A DNA stretch of 64,000 nt. Origin: Entomortierella parvispora E1425 (taxonomy: Eukaryota; Fungi; Mortierellomycota). The DNA lies in assembly GCA_020891255.1 (NCBI GenBank), contig BQFW01000001.1:1674001-1738000 (forward strand), read 5' to 3'. Within the stretch, counting starts at the first letter, position 1, and every line of letters starts with the position of its first letter. Below, piece by piece: positions 36,173 to 47,875 of the stretch. Below the pieces are notes generated by a model, which was not told the DNA's origin, made no database searches, and was given only the letters and a program-made list of their open reading frames with translations. A program made the position numbers and the translations under genes.

Positions 36173-38216
36173 GGTAATGACGATGGTTGTGGTGAAAGGT
36201 GGACGAGGTAGAAAAGAGAAGACTTGCTTGAGTGATTTTTTTTTGGGAAGGAAGAGGTCGGTGTCTTTATACCCAGTCCAAAGACGGTTAACGCGAGAAT
36301 GCAAATCATACTGCGCGTGGAGAAGACGGGTACATGTTTCGATGGTCTTTCCAGGAAGGCGAGTTGGGCGGAAAAATGCTTCCATTTCGGGCGCAGAGTT
36401 CATTGAATAGCGAGAAGCAACATGCCTTTCTGCCACTTAACATCAAAGACACTACCACATGGGAGTACAGAGACCGTTAAACCAAGACCGCACACCCAAT
36501 GACAACGGCGAAGAATGCTCAGACAGGCGATCAGGGTGGAGCAACTCTTTGGAGTGTTCTCTTTCTTCAATTCAATAGATGTCACTGTTTTTTTCTTCTG
36601 CAAGGCGATGAGCAAAAGCATGGTAGCTCAATCAAACACAGAGGAAAATGACCCAGTGAAGGGAGATTCAATCCCCACGAGCACACTCGGACTAGCAGAT
36701 CGCTACTGACAAATGATCGAGAGGATGCAAAAGCCCGCCACAGTATTGGTCCGAGGCTCTCACACCTGGAAATGGAAAACAAAGGGGAGAAGGATCAAGA
36801 GTGGGGGCAAAAGAGGCAAAAAAACGGGTGATGGGCTTGAACGTTGAATATCCGCCCAGCCCAGCTCCGTTACTGTCAGTCCAAGTGGATAGATCCAATT
36901 TTAAAGAGGCAATTGCAGTCCGAGGAATATCGGACAAGCGGAGAAAGAAATCAGCAGAGCCAAGGGCAGGATTACCCATCCACAGGCAAGGACAGGACCC
37001 GCGTGGAAGTCAATGCGAGAAGTTGCAGCCAATCATTCGCAGTTGCTCCTGTTCCCCCTCACGTTGGTTGGGTTAGCATATGGGTGAAAGGGGTGATAGG
37101 GCGGCCACAACCCAAGTGAACACGAAACTAATATTTTGCTCACGCCCACCACCAGTGCATCATTGTGAGCCCGAAGCAAGGGTGCCGTGTGAACCAGTGC
37201 GAGTGAGCAATTCGGCAACGTTGTCCGTTCGGTGGATTTTGGGGATGCTCATTTAACCAAATCAGAATCTCCCATAGGTCGACGGACCGTCTGTGCAAAT
37301 ACTCTTTGCACCGGGGGCCCGCCTTCGGATAAACAGCAATGGCACTTTCAATCTCACCTTTGTGTTTTGGTTTACTTTGCAAACTCACAGAGACGAAAGG
37401 TACAAAAAAGTCGCCCCGGTTCCCATCGCGTTGGTCCTGCAGCCAATCCCTTTGAAGAACTCACCCCCATGGCAGGGAGAGATCTCGGTACAGGGCTGTG
37501 TTTCTCGGTTTCGGGCAAACTTTGAGTGTAATTGAGCTTTTGAGCTTTGTTCTTTCAGAAGAGAACGAACGAAATCCACCTCGCCGCTTCATGCCTTTTG
37601 CGCTCGAGCTCAAAAGTCCAACAGTGCAATCGCACGCCATAAATATTCAAAGGCAGATGAAGGGCGCAATTAAAAAGGTACATGTACAGGAAAGGGCATG
37701 TGCTTGCTGTTGGACAAGTCCCTCATCACACAAGAGATCGCGGAGCTGAGAAAGGGCATGTAAGAAGAGGATACATATTCGACAGTTCATTGTATTCGCC
37801 TCACACAAGACAAAGTCGTGGTGTCGTTCCGATCGAGCACGTTCAATGGACGAGCCAATGCTCTTTCGCAGAGTGCACAATCGTGGGCAAAAAAAAAAAA
37901 GACCTCCTTTCAAATTTTATCCGGGAAACACCTCTCATTTTCGTTCCTTCTTTCCGTACGATATTTCTCACCATTGCATCGACTCTCAAAGTGTCGAGTC
38001 TTGGATTCTCTTAAAAGACGAGTTGTGTTTCTTATCAGATCCATCCCGCCTCTTGCTCTTTTGTTTCCTCCCTTGGGCATCCTCTCTCCTTCCTTTGTCT
38101 GTGCCACCTCGTTTATCAGATTCACTCAACCCCGACTCCTCCTCCTCCCCTTCTTCATCCTCCTCTTCCTCTCCTCCTCCCTGTCACAACCGCACGACCT
38201 CATACACATCCCACTA

Positions 38217-40159
38217 ATGTCTTCAGAAAAGCCTACAGTCGAGAGGCGGTCCTACCGCAAGATCATCATCGGGGGTGTTGTCGCTGCTGTCATCGCACTG
38301 GCACTAATCTTTGGTCTTGTGTTCGGCCTTCGACACCACAAGTCGGCGGGCCCCGACACGGAGTCCTTTGCTGAACCCTGGAACAATGCTTCGCAGTTCC
38401 TTCTCAGCAAGAACTTCACCATCACAAAGACCCCCACCACTCGTTACTATGAGTGGAATATTAGCCAGCAAACCATCGCTCCCGATGGTCTTGAACGTCC
38501 CATGCTGCTTGTGAACGGTAAGAAGGGTGACTTTTCACGGTAGTTTAGAAGTTTCGGGTCGGATGGTACTCGTATTAAACTCTGGCTTCTCATAGGCATG
38601 TTCCCCGGACCTCTGGTCGAGGCCAACACTGGTGACCAGATCGTTGTCAAGGTCACGAACAGCATGGTCAACGGCACTACTATCCATTGGCACGGCATGT
38701 ACCAGAACGGTAGGTTTTATTGACCGTTTGATACTCCTTTCTCGCAATATCAATCTTGAGCGACGCACTTATTTCATCTCCATCACTACTCGTGTGATCT
38801 CTTCGCTATTCAGGCACGAATTGGATGGATGGAACTATGGGTGTGACGCAGTGCGCAATCCCCCCTGGTCAATCCTTTACATACAACTACACTGTGGCCA
38901 ACCAGTGGGGAACATACTGGTGGCACGCACATGCTGCATCGCAGTACATCGATGGTATTGTTGGCCCACTGATCATCCACAGCCCCGATGAGCCCTACTT
39001 GGACCAGTATGATGAGGATATCATCATGATGGTCAGCGACTACTATCACACCGACTCTGGCGCCTTGGTTGCCTGGTACCTGAGTGCCGACAGTCAGGGT
39101 ACTGAACCTGTTCCTGACAACGGTCTTATCAACGGTCTCAACACTTTTAACTGCTCCGGAGATGCCAATGCTCTGTTCCCTACTGGGTTCAAATGCAGTG
39201 ATGGAGCACCCCTTGCCTCGTTCGACTTCAAGGCCGGCCTGACCTACAGAGTCCGAATCATCAACTCTGGTTCTTTTGCTGACTTCCAGTTCTCGATCGA
39301 TGACCACATGCTGACAGTCATCGAGGCCGATGGTATTGACATGCAGCCCGTTGCTGTTCAGCGTCTCCCTATTCATGTCGCTCAACGTTACTCTGTCCTG
39401 GTCCATGCGAACCAGACGGTCGGCAATTACTATGTCCGGGCTACGATGAACACCAACTGCTTCAACACCCCTAACCCGGCGTTGAATCCGAATGTTCAGG
39501 GTGTCATCCATTACGAAGGTGCACCCGTCACCCAGGACTTTAACTCTACTGACTGGACTACCTCTAGCTGGTCCGCTATCTGTATCGATCTGGCCTTGGA
39601 TATGCTTCACCCTTACGCTGCTCAGGCAGCACCAACCCCCGATGTTTCGTACGAGATCAACTTTGCATTCGAGACTATCAACCAAGCAGGAATCAACCTT
39701 GCTTATGTGAACAACACCTCTTGGTCTCCTCTCATGACCGATGCGACCTTGTTCCAGGCTCAGAGAGGAGTCACACTCTTTGATGCCTCGCAGCTGATCG
39801 TGACACTCAATAGCACCAATGTCGTCGAGCTGATCTTGAACAACTATGATGAAGGTTCTCATCCTTTCCATTTCCACGGCCATACATTCTCCGTTCTGGG
39901 ATGGGGTGGTGGAAGCTACATCCCTGGAAAGACTGTCCTGGAGTTGGACAACCCATTGAGACGTGATACCATCACGATTCCTTCCTTTGGATGGACCGTG
40001 GTCCGGTTCGTCAACGATAACCCAGGCTTGTGGACCCTCCATTGCCACATCGACTGGCACATGGAAGCGGGTTTGTTGATGCAGTTCGAGTCCTTGCCCG
40101 AACAGATCAAGAAGTTCCAGATCCCCTCTGAACTCACCGCCATGTGCGGAGCAAAGTAA
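38217..40159 (+). CDS. Multicopper oxidase (laccase-like) with N-terminal signal anchor, 3 exons
   Basis: All four Cu-binding motifs: TTIHWHG, YWWHAH, HPFHFHGH, HCHIDWHMEAGL; N-terminal hydrophobic segment IIIGGVVAAVIALALIFGLVFGL preceded by basic residues. Confidence 0.95.
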
Positions 40160-40562
40160 ATACCCATAATTAATAAACATAAGCATCATCAAACATCATC
40201 CGCTGTTGCAAACAAACCGGAGATCTATTCCTATGCTATTCGAATATGTCCCTCTCCCTGTCTTTCTTTTTTTATTTTTTTTTATTTATGTACATATATT
40301 GCTTGCTGAGGTCAGAGCAGCCGAGATGGTTAAGACGTTGACCCACATATTAGTGTATTGTGCTATCTTTGAGGGTCGACTAGGAAGCTCAGTTAAGCAT
40401 GGGCGGAGCAAGTGAGAGGTATTTCTCGACTCGCGCAATGACGGGAGCCATCATGGACGTCTTCTGCCTTTCATCACATGATCATGTTCATTTAGGCTCG
40501 CCTGGGGAGGAAGAACGGATCGTTTCATTCTTCCCTTCTGCCCCTCAAATAATTCTAAGACC

Positions 40563-41464
40563 ATGCCACGGAGGACAACCACCACTCGCGCCCGAGAACG
40601 AGCGGTAGATGAAGCCAAAAGTCCCTCGTCTCCCTACGACAGCCAACTCAGGTAGAGCCCCTGTTGCACAATCTAGAGTTATAGAGTCTTTTGCCATATG
40701 GCCATCCTAACGGGGTTTCCTCTCGATCAACGGAGAAGTGACGAGGAGGGCCTGAATGACAGCGACGCCGTGATGAATGAAGATTGCAATGAGAGCGATG
40801 ATGACGACAAAGGTGTCCAGATCCAGATCCAGGCTCTACAAGGTATAGTGGCTTGCTCTCTCCCTCTCCGTTGGAGAGCTGGCACAAAAGTGGTGGCAAA
40901 TATTTCTGAGCCTGACCAGAGCCTTCCCTAGAGAAACTGAAAAGGAAAAGGACCCAAGAAGCCAGCAAGGCTATTCAAGATACCAAGAACTTCATGCTAC
41001 GATCCGAGACTCAGGTAGAGGCTTTGCAGACCAAGCAAAATGAGCAAATGTATGTCTTGACCTCAAAATGTTGGCCACGAAACGTGCAAGTGAAGTGCCA
41101 ATGACCCATTCGACCTCTGCTTTGCGTGGTACAGCTCTGAGTGCATCAACAAACACCGTGACAAGATTATACAACTCGAGAATGACAGAAAAAAGTGCGT
41201 CGAGGGAATTGAGGAAGCCAAAAACACATTCAAGGTACGTATAGAGATGCCTCCAATTTCATTTTTCCTCGGCCGTATTACTGATGAAATTTTGTCCACA
41301 TGGTACAATAGACCTGCGCGGACCAGTCATTGAAAAGGATATCGGAGCTCCTCCGATCAGAACACATTGCCCGCATCCAATTTTCAAACAGCTATGTAGA
41401 AAGGGCATCTCGTCTATCAGAATCTTCGGTTGTTCAACACAGATCAGAGAATCTCGGACTCTAA
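40563..41464 (+). CDS. Hypothetical coiled-coil protein, multi-exon; 5' end uncertain (ATG 40563 or 40698)
   Basis: Exons join in frame: acidic DEEGLNDSD..QALQ|EKLKRKRTQEASKAIQD..QNEQI|SECINKHRDKIIQLENDRKK..NTFK|TCADQSLKRISELL..ENLGL*; canonical GT-AG boundaries. Confidence 0.6.
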
Positions 41465-41496
41465 ACTTGTAAAACTCGCTGATTAAAACTGCCTGT

Positions 41497-43280
41497 TTAT
41501 TTTACAAGATCTATGGTATTTGATAATGAGGCGTCTTTTGATGCATCTGTCTGACTTCCCTCCTCCCGTGCCCACTCTGGCAATTCAGTTTCAAATGACC
41601 ATCCATTCGCTTGGTACCTCCATGCATGAAGGTACATGATTCTCTTCTCTGGTTCTGGGTCCAGTCTTGATGCCAATCCACAAATCTTGCAAAACTCTGC
41701 CTGCTGTGTTGATTCGCCTGCGCCAGATATGGTGCTGCTTGTGGAAGCATGAGTGGAGGAAGATGCTGCGGCCAGCGCGTTATCGTTTTCGTCGTCGAGT
41801 TCAGTTTGCTCCAGTAGCTTTTGGACAAGGACTTTTTCCATCTCATCCGTGATACCACCCTTTCCATTTTCCTGTCCCCAGATTTCCTTGTTGTGGTAGA
41901 GAGGGTCATTGGTGATGGGATATCCAAGCCACTGGAGATGGACTCGGATCTGATGGGTCCGGCCAGTGATAGGCCGAGCGAGGACAACCGAGGTGTTGGT
42001 CTTTGGATCATAGCGTAAGAGTTCAAAGATGGTCGAGCATGCTTTTCCTTCTGGGTGAACAGTGTTCAGGGTCAACTTGAATGAGGCCACATGGATTGGT
42101 TCATGGCACTCTGTTATCCCACTATTTTTCAAAGAAATAAAGTGGGGAGCTTTTGAGCATCATAGAGGCGACATTTTGCTTTCTGTAAGAAAAAGGACAA
42201 CACGAGTCTCCTTACCTGGGGAACTGTCCGACGACTTTGCAAACGTACTCCTTCTTGATTTCGCATTTTTGCATCATTAGCTCAAACTCGCGCGCTTTCT
42301 TGACTGAAAGTGCGATGATCATTAGGCCAGACGTGAGTCGATCTAACCGATTGACGGCTAGTAAAAGAGGCAAGATTGAAAAAAAAAAAAAAAAAAAGAG
42401 TTAGAATACTGGTTCGGATCCAGATCGGAGTAAATTAGTAAGAGTGCAGAGCTGGAGTAAAGTCACCTACGATAAAGATCCGTGTATCCCTGTTCTTTCA
42501 TCAAGATATGAAGGACGGTATTGTGTCGATAGCGTCCACTGGGATGAACAGGAATGCTGCTTGGTTTGTCTACAATGATAACTCCGTCGTCTTTCCGGAC
42601 GACCTTAACAAGCAGGTTGGCCACCGGGGGCTCATGCCGATGAATCGCATGGGCAACAATGTCGCTGTTCTTGATGATGTATTCCTTGTCCACAGTCTCG
42701 CCGTTGATTTGCACCCGCCCATCCTTGATCGCACGTTCGTAAAATTCATTGTCCCGATCCCGAAACTCTGTATTGAAAACCTCGATCAAGGAACGGCCCA
42801 GCCAGCGGCCCTTTGCATAGGTTTGATATTTGAAGAAATAAGGGTGGATCTTGCGGAGGTCTAATGTGGCAGATCCAGGGACATCTTGATTAGAAATGAA
42901 TTATTGGGAACAAGGTGCCAGGATCGATCACACATGTAGTCTTGCATAGCTTTACCGTTCTCAAAATAATATTGTGCATCCTTAAGATCATCCTCGGGTT
43001 TTACGAGATCGACGCGCTTTTTCTGTTTCTTGGGCTGCGGGCCTCCCTTTGCATAGTGACCGTGCTTGGATTCCTTGTGTCTTTTGGATCCAATGTGGAC
43101 AACGCCAGTCTCCAACTGTGGCGCTTCGACGACAGGGGTTTCCTCTATCGACGGAGCCACAGGATTGTTGCTTTCGTCCCGCTGTTCTGCACTGGAGTTC
43201 CCATCTATGACAAAAGATGGTACAGGTGAATCCTGGTTGCCACTGCTGCCGCTGCTGCTGTCCTGATGAGAAGTTGACAT
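41497..43280 (-). CDS. RluA-family pseudouridine synthase (Rib2/Pus8/Pus9-like) with S4-like domain, multi-exon
   Basis: YAKGRWLGR, IIVDKPSSIPVHPSGRYRHNT, NRLDRLTSG (catalytic Asp), PITGRTHQIRVHLQWLGYPITNDPLY. Confidence 0.93.
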
Positions 43281-43676
43281 TGCTGATCAATGCCAGTTGA
43301 CCAATGAACGGATTCGAGAGAAGTGTGTGCATCGCCCAAAATGAGAGTTGTTAAAAAAACGTGACTGTGACTGTCGATGTCGTGAAGGAATCGAATAGGA
43401 TCGTGTGGACTGTGGACGGGAGTGCTTCCTTGCAGGCGAAGGCTCTCTTTGTGTGTTTGAGTGTGCAGCATCGCTACGGAGAGTGCGGGCCCCCTGTTCG
43501 ACTGGGTGGAGAACAAGAGAAACTGCTTACAGGGAGATAGAGAAGGAGGGATAGGACGACATGTAAATAGCAAGAGAAAGAGCAGGGACGAGGAAGAACG
43601 AGCAAGTGGCTGAGACGCGACACGGACACGACCAGCGCGCGCCAGGAGATTGCTCAAAGGCACCAAGAGATAAGAC

Positions 43677-43970
43677 GAAGAGAGAGAGAGAGAGATGGAA
43701 ACAGCTGGATCCAGACAGAAAAGCCAGGTTGCTGGCTCAGACCAGACCAGGCCAGACCAGACCAGACCAAACCAGACGAGAAAGAGGAAAAGAGAACGAA
43801 GGACAAGACGAGACGCGCTTGCCTCCTTTTGGGAAACATGAAAATGAAAATGAAAATGAACAAACACAGTCGATCGCACCATGGTCCGTTCCTCTGTCGT
43901 ATGTATGTTGTGTATCTGTCATCCTTTCTCGCTCTCTCTCTCTCTCTCTCTCTCTTGCTGTTGCTCTGTG

Positions 43971-44008
<38 letters not shown>

Positions 44009-44010
44009 TC
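43677..44010. repeat. Microsatellite mosaic: (GA)n, (ACCAG)n, (TGAAAA)n and (CT)n in the divergent intergenic region
   Basis: Directly visible between the pseudouridine synthase and LAMTOR1-like starts. Confidence 0.85.
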
Positions 44011-44229
44011 CCTCTCTTACTCTCTTGCCTCGTCCTCTCGTTTGTTCGTTCCTCCTCTTTGTCCTTCTCGCTCTGTCTCTGCTCTGCCTTTGTCTGTGCA
44101 CTATCGCTGTCCATCCTCACTTGACCCGCGCCTTTCATCCATTCGCCTCTCTGCTCCATCTCTTTTCAGCTCATTTTCATCTCTTCACATCCCATCTCAC
44201 CACATCTCTTCCAAGAAACATTTTCACAA

Positions 44230-46939
44230 ATGGGTTGCTGTGGAAGCAAGCATTCGACCGATGGCCAGGTAAACAATCTCTGTCCTCGATCACTCCCCGA
44301 CCATCCCTCGCTCATGTTGCCCCTTTTGAACTCGGGCCCCTTTTCCCTCTCTCCCGCTCGTCGCCAATGGACAACACCAATGTATTTAACGCAAAGCCCG
44401 AACGGTCATGGCGCCTCGTCGCAGGGACCCTTGTGATTTCAAAATGCGTCGAGGAGCCCCAACAACAAGGGGCGGGCTGTAAACGGCGCAGCCCACTTTG
44501 ATCCAACGCCGTCCCTTTTGCCTAGTCTTTTGGACAGGCCTCGACAGCAGCACTGAATACGAACCACCCCTCACAGTACGCTAGAAGATACACAGGCAGG
44601 ACCTTCCCTGATGGTTCTTGTATATTGACTGCCAACACAGGACCGAGGGGAACGGAAGAGGATCAGCCCATGCTATCCTCTTTTTCTCTTGCCACACTCC
44701 TGACACCACTCCTCCTGACCATATACCTGTCTTTCTCTCTCCCTCTTCCTGAATGTCATCCCTAATAGGATGAGAGCCAACGTTTGTTGGATGGCAGCAA
44801 CGATCCTCTCGGATACGGGTAAGGAAAAGAAAACAGGAATCAATTTGCTCCTGGTCTGTGTGTGTTTCCTGCTCTGTCCATGTACTCCTGTGCATGTGTG
44901 CTGGGACAGACAGGCGGTTTATTTGCGCTGGTCCCTCTTCTCTTTTGAACGATTGGTTGTTCACCGAGTACATGCATGCATAACGAGAGTCCTGAAGGAC
45001 AACAAGGACTGTGGAAGCACAATCAGATTGGATTCAACCCTCCTACAATACCTTTTTTTTTTTTTTCTCGTACCTCCAACCTTTCATCCCACCATGTCCC
45101 ACGGATGAAATGCTCTCCGCAGGCAAACTTTTGCCTCTCAGCTCAGTGGGTACATGAAGAAGAAAGGGAGAGAGAAACAGAGAGAAGGAGGCTTGGTGTG
45201 CGCCATTTTTTTTCCTTCTGTTTCCACTTGTAACATGCGCGTCGGAGACTGTTTCCTCCCCTGCTTTGACCTTTTTTTCTCTATGCAACGCGTGTTACAA
45301 ATGCGATGCCGATGATTCAAACGGATCAAAGGTATCGCTTCCGTCCTTCTCGACCTTCGTGAAGAAGCAGTGCAAGGTTTGAGCCGTTGACGAACGCGGC
45401 CGAGAGACATTTGGCGGGAAAAAAAGTCAAGAAGAGTCTAGATTTGTTTTTCATTGTTTTTTGGAGGGAAGACAACTGCTTGCGTGTCATTGTTTTTGAG
45501 CTTGTCATCGCCCTCCAATTTGTGTTGCGTCGTATGCCTCCTCGGAGGTTTAGATCAGCGACTTTGAGGATGACCAAAGCTACGATCGAGTTCGGGGGCC
45601 CATCTCACCCGCTATTGCGTCCCTAGCTTTGTTGGCAGGACATCTACTAGGGTCCCGACTTTGTCCAACTGCAAACTCTTTGCTCTCTGATATGAACAGT
45701 GGGGGACAAAAAAAAAAGGACATTCCGCGCTCCTGGTGGCCGATTGGGATGCCAATGTTTACAGTCGCTCAATGTTTTGTTATTTTTGCATTTGTGCCAT
45801 CAGTTGAGCAGCGCTCGTTCCCCGCATCTGTGTTTTTATGTTTCCATTCTTGCAAAAAGAAAGCGTGGGGTCATTTTCAGGGACTCCCGACTCGACTGCG
45901 TCCTTCCAAGTATCGCTCTTTAGAGGCAGGGGGCTACGGATAAATTTTGAATCGCTTGGACCATCATCCTCTAACAATGTTCGACTTGACGTTGCTTTAC
46001 TTAGCCCAACAAGGATGGTGTCTGCGACACAAGAGCTGAATCAAGTTCGGGAACTCGAGTCACTTCAAAAGATTGTGGAGAGGACTGCAGGGTAAGTTGT
46101 TCTTGGCAATCCTGTGGTGCCACAGGGCTTGTTGCCCTTGGCGATTTGGACTGTGGATATGGTTGGTCACGATCAGGTCATACCTATCGGACTCGGGATG
46201 TGCAACGCCACACCCTCCCCTATTGTTGTGCGCATGAGCTATGACTGGATTATTTCCTTTTCGATTAGTCAAGAGTCAGTCGAGGATGACTGACCTTTGC
46301 CATGACATGGCCAATGTCCTGACCTTATTCAATTCCCCCTTTTTTAGAAATCTTATCGACATCCCGTCGACATTTCATCTTGAGAGACTTCAACAGCAGG
46401 AAGCGGAAACGCGATCAAATGAGTATCTCTCTGCATTGAACACAGTCAAGTTGCCAGAACAGACCCTTCGCAAGTTGTCAAGCATGACGTCTGTCAATGT
46501 CAAATCGTCCTCTGGCGTTGATCTTCCAGGATTGAGTGAGGTTCTTGAGCAGGCCGTTGGATTGAAGGGATCACTCTATAACAATGGCTGCGGACTTGGA
46601 GCACCACGTGAGCGGACATCCACCTCTTCAGGAAGCTCTGTTAAAGCACCCTCCGTGCGAGAAGTCCTTGCCGAAAAGACTGTCGACCCCAAGACAGTGG
46701 GTTGGGTAAGACGATGCAATGATCTTTTGTACAACTCAGTCGACATAGTATTTGTTCCGCATGCGTTATCATCATTTTCTGACTAATTTTTTTTTTTTAT
46801 TTTTCCTATTTTTTGAAAAACTGTGCTGTTACCCTAGATGGCGAATGTGATGGGAGAGCTGCAGCAGGCCACAGAGTCCATGGATGTGGAAGATGTTGGC
46901 GACCTTATTGTCACCCTTTCACCTCCCGTTGTGCGCTAA
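44230..46939 (+). CDS. LAMTOR1: Ragulator/EGO complex anchor LAMTOR1/Ego1(Meh1)-like; link between exon 1 and downstream exons unresolved
   Basis: Exon 1 MGCCGSKHSTDGQ|GTAAAC (myristoylation/palmitoylation motif); spliced ELESLQKIVERTAG|NLIDIPSTFHLERLQQQEAETRSNEY resembles the LAMTOR1 core; last exon MANVMGELQQATESMDVEDVGDLIVTL resembles its C-terminal strand. Confidence 0.7.
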
Positions 46940-47875
46940 TGGGCCTTGCGTCGCTCTAATTGGCGCGCGTCCTTCCTTTTGCATCCCCATAATCATTATT
47001 CTTATCTTTGCCTCTTGACGCCCCTCTTTTTTTTTCTTTCTTCCTTGCATGCATCCATTTCTCTTCCTTTTTTGTGTAAGTAATTTATCTTTCTTGACCT
47101 CTGTCCATATTATCTCATCCTCACCCTCTTGCCTGTCCTCCTCATATATTCTTCTTCCTCCCTGGCAACCAACCTTCCTTTTTTTCTTTTCCACCAAAGC
47201 TTCATACGTTTCACCGTCCTTTTCATCATCGCTGGAACGAGATCATCCTCCATGGTACGAAGCTTTCCTCCTCTTCAGCCTATAGGCCCCTATCCTTTTT
47301 CAAAAAGACCAAAAAAAACCTAGCTTCACCTGCCCCCTATTTGACCACCACTGTACATACCCCTTGCTCCTTGCCCTCTTCTCCTCCTCCTCCTTCCTTT
47401 AATGACCTTCCAACATCTTGTTTCCTATCCTTGCTAACGATTCACCTTCAGAAAAAAAACGGAATAACGAGGGCCATAGTGAGAAGAAAATAAAATATAT
47501 CCCAGTGATGATCTCTGTGAATCCATGTCCTGATTGACCATGTTGTAAGCGAGTCCGGGTTTATTTTCTGTACGAAAAGAAATAGGGAATTGCCAAAAAG
47601 AAAAAAAACAAAGTGAATGAAAAAAAAACGTAGGAGCTATCGATCGATAAGAAGGAAGGGGGAAAGAGATCGAGAGCTGGATAACTGGAGGTGAGGGAGA
47701 GTTAGGTAGGTAGGCGGGGCAAGAGAATCGCCGAAAACGCAACTAAGAATACTGATAACGACGGCAGCAAAAGGGCGACAGAAACAAACAATAAAGGAGG
47801 AACTGGTCAGATATGTAAAGAGTATATGGGAGTAGATGAAAAAAGAGATAGATGTCAAAGAGCCGATTTGGCCAC

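Noticed and set aside
36690-37600. Possible degenerate minus-strand gene (intron-like GTGAGC..GCTAAC..AACAG and protein-like fragments)
   Set aside because: Frames do not join across the putative intron and no motif was recognised; left unannotated.
38810-40192. 460-aa minus-strand ORF
   Set aside because: Fully antisense to the multicopper oxidase exon; no recognisable motifs; explained by codon bias.
43606-44501. ORFs rich in SLSL/RERE
   Set aside because: Translations of (CT)n/(GA)n microsatellites.
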